64,000 nt of DNA from Podarcis filfolensis (taxonomy: Eukaryota), in the NCBI GenBank assembly GCA_964270895.1, contig OZ185439.1; one strand, given 5' to 3'. The translations under genes were made by a program, and so were the position numbers. The stretch's first letter is position 1; the number at the start of each line of letters is the position of its first letter. Positions 26,601-39,119 of the stretch are shown piece after piece. Below the pieces are notes generated by a model, which had not been told where the DNA came from, made no database searches, and saw nothing but the letters and a program-made list of their open reading frames with translations.

Positions 26601-26982
26601 ACAAAAGCTCAATCAAAACAAAACAGTTTTAGTTACTTTCTCTGCACTTGGCTCCCATCATCTCTACCAACAGAAAACATGGGGCAGGAGAGTTATGATG
26701 CTTTATCAGCATTGCTTTGGCTTGGCTCTTAAAATTAAAACTCTAGGAGTAGAATTTTACTGAGAATTAGATAAAACAGATGGAAAAGATAAGTGTGTTA
26801 GGGGCTCTTGGGAACATTGGACTCTCTTAAAATTAAACATGAAAAAATCAGACCTCTTGGTTGAAAATTGGCTCAGAAAACATGAGGGTCAAGTAGTACA
26901 GTGGATTTGTTCTCCAAAAATCTCCCAGGCCCAGAGTATTTCCATTCTAGCAAATACCTCTCTATGCAACTGCAGCCATATA

Positions 26983-27226
26983 CAGTGGTACCTCAGGTTA
27001 AGAACTTAATTCGTTCTGGAGGTCTGTTCTTAACCTGAAACTGTTCTTAACCTGAAGCACCACTTTAGCTAATGGGGCCTCTGCTGCTGCTGCTGCACCG
27101 CGGCCGAACGATTTCTATTCTCATCCTGAAGCAAAGTTCTTAACCCGAGGTACTATTTCTGGGTTAGCGGAGTCTGTAACCTGAAGCGTCTGTAACCTGA
27201 AGCATCTGTAACCCAAGGTACCACTG
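26983..27226 (+). mobile_element. Tc1/mariner-type MITE, copy E
   Basis: TIRs and TA target duplication as in the other copies. Confidence 0.9.
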
Positions 27227-27677
27227 TATATAAATAGCGATTCAATTTATCTAAATTCCTGATTGTCTGATTAAGCTGTAAAGCATTTACACCTTTTCGC
27301 TTTCTCTATTGCTTTGCATCACATTCTGGATGCAGCAACTGTACACACAAAGTTCCATTGCAACTTCAAAGGGAAAAGCAGTCACTGAAGTCTCCCCAGG
27401 CACAAACACCCAGGCAGTATCGCTCACACTTCTCCCTTTCTCACAAACACCTAGTGTGCATGCTGATTCTTACTTTCCATTGGCTGCAAGAGTTGCAGGA
27501 GCTGCTCCATATATTGTTCCATGAAGAACAAGTTCAGAAACCACATTGCTTTCTGGCTGTTTCTCTATAGGGTTGTTAACCTTCTTGTTCCAGACATGCC
27601 CCTGTGCTCTTGCAAGCTCCATGATGGACAGCTATGCAACACATGAAGTGTTCTTAGCATGGAGCTGGTATAATGAA

Positions 27678-28040
27678 GGACGCGAGTGGCGCTGTGGGTT
27701 AAACCACAGAGCCTAGGACTTGCCAATCAGAAGGTCAGCGGTTTGAATCCCCGTGACAGGGTGAGCTCCCATTGCTCAGTCCCAGCTCCTGCCAACATAG
27801 CAGTTCGAAAGCACATCAAAGTGCTAGTAGATAAATAGGTACCACTCCGGCGGGAAGGGAAACGGCGTATCCGTGCCCTGCGCTGGTTCGCCAGAAAGTG
27901 GCTTAGTCATGCTGGCCACATGACCCGGAAGCTGTACACTGGCTCCCTCGGCCAGTAATGCAAGATGAGCGCCACAAACCCCAGAGTCATCCGTGACTGG
28001 ACTTAGCAGTCAGAGCAGTCAGGGGTCCCTTTACCTTTAC
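27678..28040 (+). mobile_element. Sauria SINE (tRNA-related head, BovB-related tail)
   Basis: GGACGCGAGTGGCGCTGTGG box A-like head, GGTTTGAATCC box B, ends GGGGTCCCTTTACCTTTAC. Confidence 0.92.
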
Positions 28041-30819
28041 ACATGCCACTCTGCTACCTGGTGAGTTCAAGGCACAAGAGCCCTGCTGCGGAAAGTGATT
28101 GGCAACTCCACAACATGTGGCTTTCTCTTTCAGGATTTCCTCCAGCTCCAGTTTCTCTCCGCTAAAAATTGGCATGTGTTATTCCATTCTTGTTAAGGAT
28201 TGGTAGATAGGGATCTCTTTCCCCTTCCACCCAAGCAGGATCTGACTTCACAGGAAAGGATTCTTGATGGGGACAGGCAGGGAGCTTGCTGTGCTGTTTA
28301 GAGTTGGCCCATCCTCTCTGCTCACTCTGGCATTCTGTACTGCAGTGGTGGAGAACCAGTTGCTCAACTACAATTCCCAGCACCCCTGACTATTAGCTAT
28401 GCTGGCTGGGGCTGATGGGAGTTCTAGTCCAGCAGCATCTGGAGGGCCACAGGTTAGCACCCCTGCTGCAATGTCAAAGAACAGGCCTCTTGGCATGTGA
28501 AAGCAGGGTGGTAGTAGCTGCTGCTGGTATATGAAGCAACTGTCTGGGATGAGGATAAAAAGAACAAGGAGGAGCAATGTGTCCTGCTGGGATGCTGGCC
28601 TATCAAGCAAAACAGAAGGTGGTGGAATGAGTCAAATGGGTTGCCAGAGTCTAGATGGCCCATAGAGGAGCCAGACTAATCATTCAGACAGAGGTCCTCT
28701 TGATTGACTGCTTGTTTGTTTTTCACCTCCCAAGCTGAGCACACATTGGATACAGCAGCTGTTCTGTTAGCATAGCAGCAGCAGCATATCTCCAGTCTCT
28801 GGGCAACAAGAGGATAGAATTGATCTGCCCATCATCACCTCCCTTACAAAGCTATTATAGGGCAAACACAAGCAAGATAAACAAAACATTTTGCATATTG
28901 AAAGTGCTATACAAACAATGATAAGTGGGAATAGATTGAGATCCTGGTTAAGATGGCTCTGGCTGCCTTTCAAAATGCAGGATATTCTAACAACAACTGC
29001 TTGCTCATATGTTTTAATGCTCCCTGTGGTACCATGCAGGCACTTGAAGAGTAACCGGCATAATAGACTTTTACGTTTGGAGTTATACGGTCCTGGGGAA
29101 ACTTGGCAATCATAATTGCTAAAGTAAACAGTAGCTCCTGGCAGTCACCTCTGCCCCTCCTGCTAATTCCCATCTGTTGTCTCAAGAAACGGCAAGAGGA
29201 ACTTCACTGAGTTATTGTTTATATTGTTCTTTCCAGGGGCTGGATGGGTAATCCCAAACCTGATAAGATGCTGCAGCTAACTAGAAGCCAGGCAGTAGCC
29301 AGAATCTGATGCTCCTTAGGTGCTTCTCAGAGATTGAACGAAAGTGTTGAAGAACAAAGAAGTCCATAACCCAGAGGCCAAGCACATTACATATATACAC
29401 ATATTTAATACTAGTTGCTGCTGTTGTTATATATTTATTTATACTCCACCTTTCCCCCCGACAGGGACTCGAGGCTGTTAAAAGTGGGGAAATTCTTTTT
29501 TAAGAGGTATGTTGTGATCTGCCAGGGAAATTTGGCTTTTGAAATTTATGTTGCAGTTTTATTTGGGTCTGAGTGAACTTCTGCTGGTGTTACTTTGTGT
29601 TGCTTTCATACCGTCAAACATTTGTTCTGTGATGACTAGGTGCAGATTTAGGAATCTGGATCTGCATATATCTCCCAGATCTGGCATTTACATTTAATAA
29701 AGAGCATCAAGTAAGGGCTTACCACACTTCCTTTTGTCGCAGTGCTTTAGCACTCAATTGGAGCAAACAGCAATTTGGGTTTGCTCTGATTTAGCACTAA
29801 AGAGTGGCTTTTCCCTGGGAAAAGAGTGGCTCAAGCAGAAAACCACTTGGACCTTTGCTTTCTAGGCATGGGACAAGTGCAAGCCCTGCAAGAGGTAAAA
29901 TCTCCGCTTGATACCTTGGAGAGCTGCTGATAGGGTATGCAACGGTACACTAGATTTGATGAACTCGTAGCCTGTCTCAGTATAACACAGATACAAAAAG
30001 CTATAAGCACTGACTCTCTGATTCAGTATCAATGGCAGCCATATCAATATGAATTAACAAGTTGTAGAATTAAACAGCCTGTTCAAACAAGTAAACTGTG
30101 CAGGATTAAATTCAAAAGTTGCAGAAAACCTCCACAATCACAAACATATTATTTCTACAGTGATATACGGAGGTTTGCTCTGTCAGTCTATTTCAGTTCT
30201 TTGCCATTAGAAGAACTGGAGCAAAATTCACATTTAAGTTTAATACTGCATTGGTACTGCAAACTTTCACACTGTCAGCTGACTTGTAATGCCAAACCAT
30301 GATTTAGTGTTACATTAGTGAGCCTTGGGCTCACAAACTTCCTACCCTCCCCACCCCTCCTCTTATTTTACCCTAGGAAATCGACACATTCATATTTTCT
30401 AACACCCCTGGCACCTGCCCCCCAAACTCCCACATACTAAAGGGCTCTGGTGGTCAGGTATCCTGATGAAAGTCTGGTTGTATGTACGTCACTCGCAAGG
30501 CACAAAGAAAAGCATATTCATCAGTAAGTCACAGCCTTGCTTCTTTGCGTCAAGATCTCATATGGAAGACACTTTTTTTTTAAGAGGAAGAAACATGTAC
30601 GTGACTATGGATGCGTCTCTGGTGCACAGAAGTACTGCCGCATTCTCTGGACTACCTGAATTATTTATTATTGCATTGAGCTTGATTCTGTAAGCGAGGG
30701 CCTTCTGTAACAGATGGATAGTAGGCCGAGAAAATGATGTGCACGTGATACTTTTAAACATCTGTGTTCATTATGCAAAAATATGAATGTAGAATGTAGC
30801 TTGATAAAAAGGGAAGGAT

Positions 30820-31063
30820 AAGAAGAAGAGGTGTTTGGATTTGATATCCCGCATTATCACTACCCTAAGGAGTTTCAAAGCGGCTAACAATCTCCTTTCC
30901 CTTCCTCCCTCACAACAAACACCCTGTGAGGTGAGTGGGGCTGAGAGACTTCAAAGAAGTGTGACTGGCCCAAGGTCACCCAGCAGCTGCATGTGGAGGA
31001 GCGGAGACGCGAACCCAGTTCCCCAGATTATGAGACTACCGCTCTTAACCACTACACCATACT
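30820..31063 (-). mobile_element. MIR/Ther1-derived tRNA SINE (Squam3-like)
   Basis: Minus strand: TGGTGTAGTGG box A, GGGTTCGCGTC box B-like motif, GTGACCTTGGGCCAGTCAC core, (CTT)n tail. Confidence 0.8.
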
Positions 31064-31083
31064 AAGCAAGTTAACAAGGTGAG

Positions 31084-31085
31084 GA

Positions 31086-31133
<48 letters not shown>

Positions 31134-31143
31134 GCGAGCGAGC
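31084..31143. repeat. Compound (GAAA)12(GAGC)3 microsatellite
   Basis: Read directly from the sequence. Confidence 0.95.
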
Positions 31144-31269
31144 TAAGCTGCTTTTGGGCTATAAGCTGGGATATATTGTACAATTTAAAATAAACGAATA
31201 ACCTAGACATTTGCTACAACAATAAAGCAGGGAGATAAGTGTGTTTGCCCTTACTGTTGGCTTGGGGCA

Positions 31270-31985
31270 ACTGCTTGGTATTCCTGCTGGATCAGGTCAT
31301 TAATCCAGCATCCTGTTCTCACAGAGGCCAGCCAAATGCCTGTAGGAAACCCCTGAAGCAGGCCTGAGCACAACAGCCTTCTCTCCTCCTGTGGTGCCTA
31401 GCAATTGGTAATTGGTATACTTCTACCGTGCACTGCTGGAGGAGACTCTTGAGAGTCCCATGGACTGCGAGAAGATCAAACCTATCCATTCTTAAGGAAA
31501 TCAGCCCTGAGTGCTCACTGGAAGGACAGATCCTGAAGCTGAGGCTCCAATACTTTGGCCATCTCATGAGAAGAGAAGACTCCCTGGAAAAGACCCTGAT
31601 GTTGGGCACATGGAGAAGAGGACGACAGAGGACAAGATGGTTGGATAGTGTTCTCGAAGCTACCAGCATGAGTTTGACTAAACTGCAGGAGGCAGTGGAA
31701 GACAGAAGTGCCTGGCGTGCTCTGGTCCATGGGGTCACGAAGAGTCGGACACGACTAAATGACTAAACAACAGCAATCATGTACTGCATGAAGAAGTACT
31801 TCTTTTTATCTGTCCCAAATCTTCCAACACTCAACAACTGGGAGAGGAAGAAAAACTCTTCTCTATCCATTCTCTCTATGCCATGAATAAGGTTATAAAC
31901 TTATATGATGTCCCCTCTTACTCTCCTTACTCTCTAAACTAAAATGTCTCAAAGGCTGCAACCTTTCCTTACAGGAGAGTTTCTG
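31270..31985 (-). mobile_element. Old CR1 3' fragment split by the BovB insertion
   Basis: 31270-31430 and 31780-31985 are reverse complements of the CR1 3' motifs GTGAGAACAGGATGCTGGA and GGACAGATAAAAAGAAGTACTTCTTCA. Confidence 0.65.
31431..31775 (+). mobile_element. BovB (RTE-clade LINE) 3' fragment inserted into an older CR1
   Basis: Translates CWRRLLRVPWTARRSNLSILKEISPECSLEGQILKLRLQYFGHLMRREDSLEKTLMLG..., the BovB C-terminus, with a CAA-type tail. Both flanks are minus-strand CR1. Confidence 0.93.
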
Positions 31986-33235
31986 GCCTTGAAGACTGAG
32001 TTTGGGTAGGGGGGGTGGTTGCTAACGTCACTAGGTTTGGTGCTATTTTTGGATGTTTGACGATAAATGAGCTTTATGCTCTGCTATATTTTGCTGTATG
32101 GTAAATGAACTGTTAAATTGCTGGGTTTTGTTCTATTGTGTTGCAGTGATATGCTTTTAATACGCATCCATATTGTACTACTTTATTTAGACTATTCTGA
32201 TTTGTTCATGAACCACTTTGAACACAGATGTATTTTTTTTTAGAAAATGCAGTATTTGTGTGAAACACAGTATATAAATACGTTGACTATGACTTAGTCA
32301 CCATCCCCGTCTAGAAATTTGTTTTATGCAAAGTAGCTGAAATCACCAATACTGAAATTCTTAGATAACTTAGCAAAGGGGCAGAAGAAAGCAGAGACAC
32401 AATCACTTGTTAGTTTAACTGATGTGTGTGCACGTGCTGATACACCAGCAGTTTTGGAGCTTGGTTAAAAAAGCAGATCCTGAGGTTTGGTTCCAGCGCA
32501 GAATGTGAAAAAAGCCTGGTCCTGATGAACTATTTTTGCCTGGCGGTCACCAACGTGTTTCAAGATCTTCTGAGGAGTAGCATGAAGGCAAGAGTGACAG
32601 AGATGACATGGGAAAGTACTGTAGCTGACGTCTTTGTTAGTGACATCAGACTCCTGGATGGGCTCCAGCAGGGTCTGGCCCTACCCCAGTGATAACAACT
32701 TGTAATCTTTTGGCTTGCCAGAAAATGTTATGCGACATTTTCACAGCCACATTTCCAGATGTTCAGTCTCCCTTGCTTGTACGAAAGCAGCATGCCTTAC
32801 TTTTACCAGAAGCCTGGCTTAGAAGCCAGCTCAGCTCGTAGTCGTTGTCAATGGAAGACTCCTCGCGTGAGGTCATCCATTTTGTGTTCCCAGGCCTCTT
32901 GTGCTAAACATTGCCCACATTTTGCACTAAAGGCTGTTTTCTTTATTTATAGCAACGGAAAAGCTTAACAAAAGCCTCCTGGGAAAAGTTTGCCAAACCA
33001 AAACTAAATGCTGTATTGAGACACCTTGAACAGAACTGGGTTCAGGCTAGAGGGAGGGTGCTCAACTGTTTTATAGTGATCCTGATGTAAATAGTACTTG
33101 GAGGTGTTTTGGATTTATTATGAAAAATGGGTGCAAGAAAAAATAACAGTATAAAAAAGAATTCCCTGGATGCCAAGATCCGGGTGGAAAAACTCCAGCA
33201 GAGATTTAAAAAGGGGGACAGGAGACAAGAGTGTA

Positions 33236-33476
33236 CAGTGGTACCTCTGGTTACGTACTTAATTTGTACTGGAGGTCCATTCTTAACCTGAAACTGTTCT
33301 TAACCTGAAGACCACTTTAGCTAATGGGGCCTCCCGCTGCTGCTGTGCCGCCACAGCGCGATTTCTGTTCTCATCCTGAAGCAAAGTTCTTAACCCGAGG
33401 TACTATTTATGGGTTAGCGGAGTCTGTAACCTGAAGTGTATGTAACCTGAAGCATATGTAACCCGAGGTACCACTG
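33236..33476 (+). mobile_element. Tc1/mariner-type MITE, copy F
   Basis: TIRs and TA target duplication as in the other copies. Confidence 0.9.
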
Positions 33477-34683
33477 TAATTTAAAAGTGGTTTCATTCTC
33501 TACTCCCAAGCTGTTTGTGCCTCACCATAATATTTCTCCATGCCAGTCTAGAAGGAAGCACTCACTTAGGAAAAAATGTTCTGGCTTATTATAACTTTGT
33601 TTAACATTAAAGCTAAACATTTACACTAAGCAGAGTGCAACTACAAATGCATTCTTTTATTATTGCCATTCCAAAAAAAAAAAAAAGTTTCCCATGTTCC
33701 AAGAGAAAGACAATATAATCGTAACCAATTCCACTTTCTAACTCTGTATACAGCAAAGATTATTTTTAAAAGTTTATCTGCAAGTTCAAAATCTACATTC
33801 ACCCTATACATTTTCCAGGTAGAAGAGTGGAGATGTATCACATGTCAGAGACACTCAAGGTCCAATTTTTAAAAGAAATATCCCCCTAGGGTATTCTTGG
33901 CTTTTTCTTTAAAAATTCATTCTCTGAAGTATCAGATTTCTAGAGCGAGAGCTGAAGAATTGAACAAAACATTCGATACAAGCTAAACAAAGGGTTTTAT
34001 TTCACTATCTTTGGTCTCAGATATATTCCTGTGTTCATGGTTTAATAAATAGCTTATCTAACTGATCACCATTATAAGCCTAAGGAAGTGAGTTCTATAA
34101 AATATGGATGATCAGGAAACCATGGTAACTACAGTTCAGATCTGAACAGAACTTTAGTTGGGGTTTGGGGGGGGCATCATTGCGTTAGAAAGAAAGAGTA
34201 CCATAAGTTATTTTAACAATTTTGTCATCTTATGTTAGGGTGACCAGATGAGGACAGGAGCCCTCTAGCTTTAATAGGTGCATAGAAGAGAGTGGGTTAA
34301 TCAAGTGTGGGTTGTCATGCAAGCTCTGCTTGGTGAAACTCCCTCTTTTGCAAAACCATTAAAGATGCAGCAGCCCTTTCTTCCTTTGCATCTGGCCAAC
34401 CTGACTCATCCAACTATGTGACAATAGTAATCTATGTTTGCTACATATCGCCTCCACAACCTGCTTTTGGGGGCAATGGTGTGTAATTGTTTCCACCCTT
34501 GTAAGTCATTCTGAATTGGGCTTCCTCCCAGGTAAGCAGGGTTAGAACTGCAGCCTTAAGGCTTCATTCTCTTCAACTGAAATCAAATAAATGAAATTTA
34601 AACATACTTCCCTTTATCACTGTATTGTGCCTTATGACTGTAGAAACTGTGAGTGTCACTCTCCGAGGTCTTTTTCAGGATCC

Positions 34684-34951
34684 TTTTTCCATTTAATAGG
34701 AATTGTTATTCTTTGCGGAACAGCCTGGCTCCAGCCTTGTAACAACTTAAATTTGTCTTGATAATCCTACTGCACCATGTTCTACTTCTCTAGTTCAGAG
34801 GTGGAGGACCTAGAGCTTTCAAGATGTTGTTGGGACTCCATTTCCCAACAGCTCCAGCCAGCATGGCCAGGGGTGGGGGATGAAGGGAGATGTAGTCAAA
34901 CTACGCTTGGACAACCAGAGGTTGTTCTTCATCTCTGCTTTAGATCTCCAT
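34684..34951 (+). repeat. 268-bp local duplication, donor copy
   Basis: Colinear with 36882-37149; about 14 substitutions and no indels by eye. Confidence 0.95.
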
Positions 34952-34961
34952 CCCTGCTTAC

Positions 34962-35513
34962 AGAATCAGGATTCAAAATGACCTTAACGAATTGGAGAAC
35001 TAGGCGCAAACAAAATGAATTTCAATAGGGACAAATGTCAGGTTCTACACTTAGACAGGAAGACCAGCTGCACAAATATAAAATGGGGACACCTGGCTTG
35101 CCAGTTGAAGATGTGAAAAGGATCTAGAGGTGTTAGTAGACCACAAGCTTAACATGAATCAACAGTGTGATGCAGCAGCAAAAAAAGCTAATGTTATTCT
35201 AGTCTGCACCAACAGAAATACAGTGACCAGATCCAGGGAAGTTTTCTCCAGCTCCAGAGACTAGGAACTTAACCAATGGCTTCAGGTTTAAGAAAGGAGA
35301 TTCTGACTAAACATCAGGAAGAACTTCTTGATGGTAAGAGCTGTTCAACCGTGGAATGGACTCCCTCGCAAGGTGGTGGACTCTCCTTCCTTGGAGGTTT
35401 TTATACAGAGGTTGGATGGTCATCTGTCATGAATGCTACAGTTGAGATTCCTGTATTGCAGGGGGTTGGGCTAGATGACCCTTGGGGTTCCTTCCAACTC
35501 TATAATTCTATGA
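34962..35513 (+). mobile_element. CR1 LINE 3' fragment with internal deletion
   Basis: RIQNDL...EKDLEVLVDHKLNMNQQCDAAAKKAN-like coding remnant, then the CR1 3' UTR ending CCTTCCAACTCTATAATTCTATGA. Confidence 0.88.
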
Positions 35514-36797
35514 ACCGCTGAGCTGGGAAAGACCTGTTTCTGTTACCATGGAAAAAAAGCTGCTGACAATTGACAGTATTGAGCTAGATGGACACAAGGT
35601 CTGACTCACTATAAGGCAGCTTCCTATGCTCACACATAATTGATGCCTGAGGCTAAAAACAAGAAGTCAGCTCTGCGGAGACACATCAAAGCACTTGATT
35701 ACACACACATTCAACACAGCATTGCTAAGTGCTTTCCAGCAATCCTGCTTTCCAACTGTGAACTGTTTCCTTTTAAATGGACACTGGGTCGTGAAGAGGA
35801 AGCAACATAAAAATGATTGTTGACAAAGAAACAGCCTATGCAATGTGTAAAAGCCAGCTGTTTCCTCCCAAGGCAGCCTATACATCTGAGCACCAAATGC
35901 CATTATTGAAGCTGGTTTCATCATTACCTAATAGGAAATACAATTTTAGATTGCAAATGATATCACTCAAGAGTTGTGACACGAGATTGAAATGTATCAT
36001 TTCTTTTAGTCATTAAGCTACGGAAGAAAAAGAGAGACAAAATAGCTGGTTTTAGTTTTCAGTTTCTGCAAAACAATGAAGGTTTAAAAACACCAGGGCA
36101 AAAAATCCCATGTCCTGGCCAATCAATATATCTGCAACTAACATGCATTCATATGAGACAAAAGGCAGAAAGGTTGGGCACCATTGTAGGGGTTATTTAA
36201 ATCTGTCTGAATTAAGAACTAGGCACACACATTTAATGTCATTACCAAACCTTGGGAGGGATGATAATATTCACATGAAGAAGCACTTCTGAGCTTGGGG
36301 ACGCAGCTTGTGTTCTCTCTATGCGTCAACGTCTCCTTCAGACAGGCTGAATCCGGACTAAGTCATAATTAGAGCAGACCCACTGAACTAAGTGGGACTT
36401 ATGATAGCCAATGGGACCTAAGTAGGTCATGACTACTTTAAGTCCCATTGATTTCAATAGGCCATATCCAACACTGTAGCTCCACTGGCAGAAGGAACTT
36501 CCATAGGTACAATGGAACTTCCTATTCTTTTCCTTTGGACCCTCCAGAGCAGTTGGGGGGCATACAGGTGTAGGGAGGTGAGACAATGAAAATCCTGCTG
36601 CACCAGAGGAACCTTGCTGGAATAGTACTGGATACAGCTCAATGTTTCTAAACATGTCTGGATACAACCCAACATTTACACAAGCCTTTCACACACACAG
36701 AAAAAATGAAAGCAGCATGCATGCATAAATCTTGTGTGTGTTTGTATTTAGGTTAACATCTATTCTGTGTTAACTTGTTACTTTATTTTTCAAGGTA

Positions 36798-36876
36798 CAA
36801 TGGTACCTCAGGTTACATACGCTTCAGGTTACATACGCTTCAGGTTACACATTCCGCTAACCCAGAAATAGTGCTT
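36798..36876 (-). mobile_element. Tc1/mariner-type MITE, isolated 79-bp end (copy G)
   Basis: TA|CAATGGTACCTC...GAAATAGTGCTT; about 4 mismatches to the first 79 bp of copy H. Confidence 0.88.
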
Positions 36877-36881
36877 TTCCA

Positions 36882-37149
36882 TTTTTCCATTTAATAGGAA
36901 TTGTTATTCTTTGGGGAACAGCCTGCCTCCAGTCTTGTAACAACTTACATTTGTCTTGATAAGCCTACTGCACCCTGTTCTTCTTCTCTAGTTCAGAGGT
37001 GGAGAACCTATAGCTTTCAAGATGTTGTTGGGACTCCATTTCCCAATAGCTCCAGCCAGCATGGCCAGGGGTGGGGGATGAAGGGACATATAGTCCAACT
37101 ACGCTTGGACAACCAAAGGTTGTTCTTCATCTCTGCTTTAGATCTCCAT
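36882..37149 (+). repeat. 268-bp local duplication, copy lying between MITE ends
   Basis: See 34684-34951. Confidence 0.95.
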
Positions 37150-37150
37150 A

Positions 37151-37392
37151 CAGTGGTACCTCGGGTTACATACGCTTCAGGTTACATACGCTTCAGGTTA
37201 CAGACTCCGCTAACCCAGAAATAGTGCTTCAGGTTAAGAACTTTGCTTCAGGATGAGAACAGAAATCGTGCTCCAGTGGCGTGGCAGCAGCAGGAGGCCC
37301 CATTAGCTAAAGTGGTGCTTCAGGTTAAGAACAGTTTCAGGTTAAGTACAGACCTCCGGAACGAATTAAATACTTAACCTGAGGTACCACTG
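37151..37392 (-). mobile_element. Tc1/mariner-type MITE, copy H
   Basis: TA|CAGTGGTACCTC...GAGGTACCACTG|TA; same orientation as copy A. Confidence 0.92.
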
Positions 37393-38758
37393 TATATTAT
37401 TGTTTTCATTCAATGCCATAATCAGGCTGGATACACGTTCCATTCACAGAAGGACCCCTTCTGTGAATGAGAGGATTTGAGATCTGTCGGAGGCTCATAG
37501 GAAGAGAGGAGGCAATTTTCTGAAGTTCCCCCTCTTTCTGCAGCCTCCTCACCTCCATCCTTACAGAGCAGTTTAGGGGAGACTGCCCCACTTCGGTGAG
37601 TAGGCGTGTTCCACAAAGAGAGTTCTTATAATGGATCTTTGGATCCAGTCCAATAGGGGAAAGACCTGTCTCAGAAAGATTAGAATCTAAAGTATGGAGA
37701 GAGAAAAGAGGTAAGTGCCTATAGAACAGGCAAAGGATGAATGTGAACAAATGCAGTTAAGTTACACATACTTAGCATATGTTAGGGTTGGAGATGTCTC
37801 CTGTATCTCCTGGAATCATGGAGCTCAGTGTATAGTTTTGTTAGGTACTGCTGAATCACACTGGCAAATATTTAACCAAGTATGCTCCTCCCTATATGGT
37901 TTCGAACATCTAAGAGAAAGTGAGAGATAAGAGCTGGCAATCAACAAGATGAAAGTAACCCTTTTGCTATGTTGACCTTGGGTGAAAAATGCCATAGACC
38001 ATTTATTTTCCCCACACAGGCAAAAAAAAATATTAAAAATCAAGCTTTGCACATTGCAACAGTGAGATATTTAAAACCAGACTGAATAAAGCACATGAAA
38101 AAGGCCTGAAAGGAACAATATCATAATGGCAGCTGGATTCACTTAGCCAGCACTAATGCACAGAAACGAGGAAAAGGCATACATGTACATGCATTTGGCC
38201 TGAGGCTGTAGATGGGTTTTGATCACCCATTCTCAATACACATCTGGAAGATCAGGTTAAACATTGCAAATGAAAGCACTCTTGGATGAGTCAAGTCAGC
38301 CAATATCGATTTGATATATCAGACAACCTGAGTTTGGGAAATCAAAGAGCATCCTCCAGAGAGTTGGGATGGGGGGGGGAGAGGATCAGAAGCCCTAATT
38401 AAGTCATTGCAGTGTTCATTAATTCATGTAGAAGCAAGGAACATTTTTCAACAGAGCACAGCAAATCTCAACTTTTCATTTTGTTAAAAGATCAAGTTTC
38501 TGGCCCTCACGGTTACACAGAAATATTTAAAAGATGAATACAATTCTGAACTCTTATTTTCCTAGGTCCCACTTTTTTTTTTACCCAGACCTCAAACACT
38601 GGAATTAATATCCAAATTATGAAAACTATTTGGTAACAACTGAAAAATACATGTAATTTAATCAAGCATTTCTATCTAATTTGCATTTATTAACAAGAGA
38701 ATTCGACTTTAATATTCAAATGTTGTTGTTTTTTAAAAAAAGTATAGCATGCAAGTCT

Positions 38759-39119
38759 GGGACGCGAGTGGTGCTGTGGGTAAAACCTCAGTGCCTAGGA
38801 CTTGCTGATCGTAAGGTGGGCGGTTCGAATCCCTGCGGCGGGGTGAGCTCCCGTCGTTCGGTCCCAGCTCCTGCCCACCTAGCAGTTCGAAAGCACCCCT
38901 AAGTGCAAGTAGATAAATAGGTACCGCTTTATAGCGGGAAGGTAAACGGTGTTTCCGTGTGCGGCACTGGTGGTGGCTCGCCAGTTGCAGCTTCGTCATG
39001 CTGGCCATGTGACCCGGAAGTGTCTTCGGATGGCGCCGGCTCCCGGCCTCTTGAGCGAGATGAGCGCGCAACCCTAGAGTCGGACACAACTGGCCCGTAC
39101 GGGCAGGGGTACCTTTACC
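38759..39119 (+). mobile_element. Sauria SINE, full length, with 16-bp TSD
   Basis: GGGACGCGAGTGG head, GGTTCGAATCC box B, ACCTTTACC tail; TSD TATAGCAT(G/T)CAAGTCT at 38743-38758 and 39120-39135. Confidence 0.94.

Noticed and set aside
780-37392. Recurring GGTTACA/TGTAACC units and palindromes considered as a CRISPR-like array
   Set aside because: They are subterminal repeats within dispersed MITE copies. There is no repeat-spacer periodicity, no cas genes, and the DNA is a spliced vertebrate locus.
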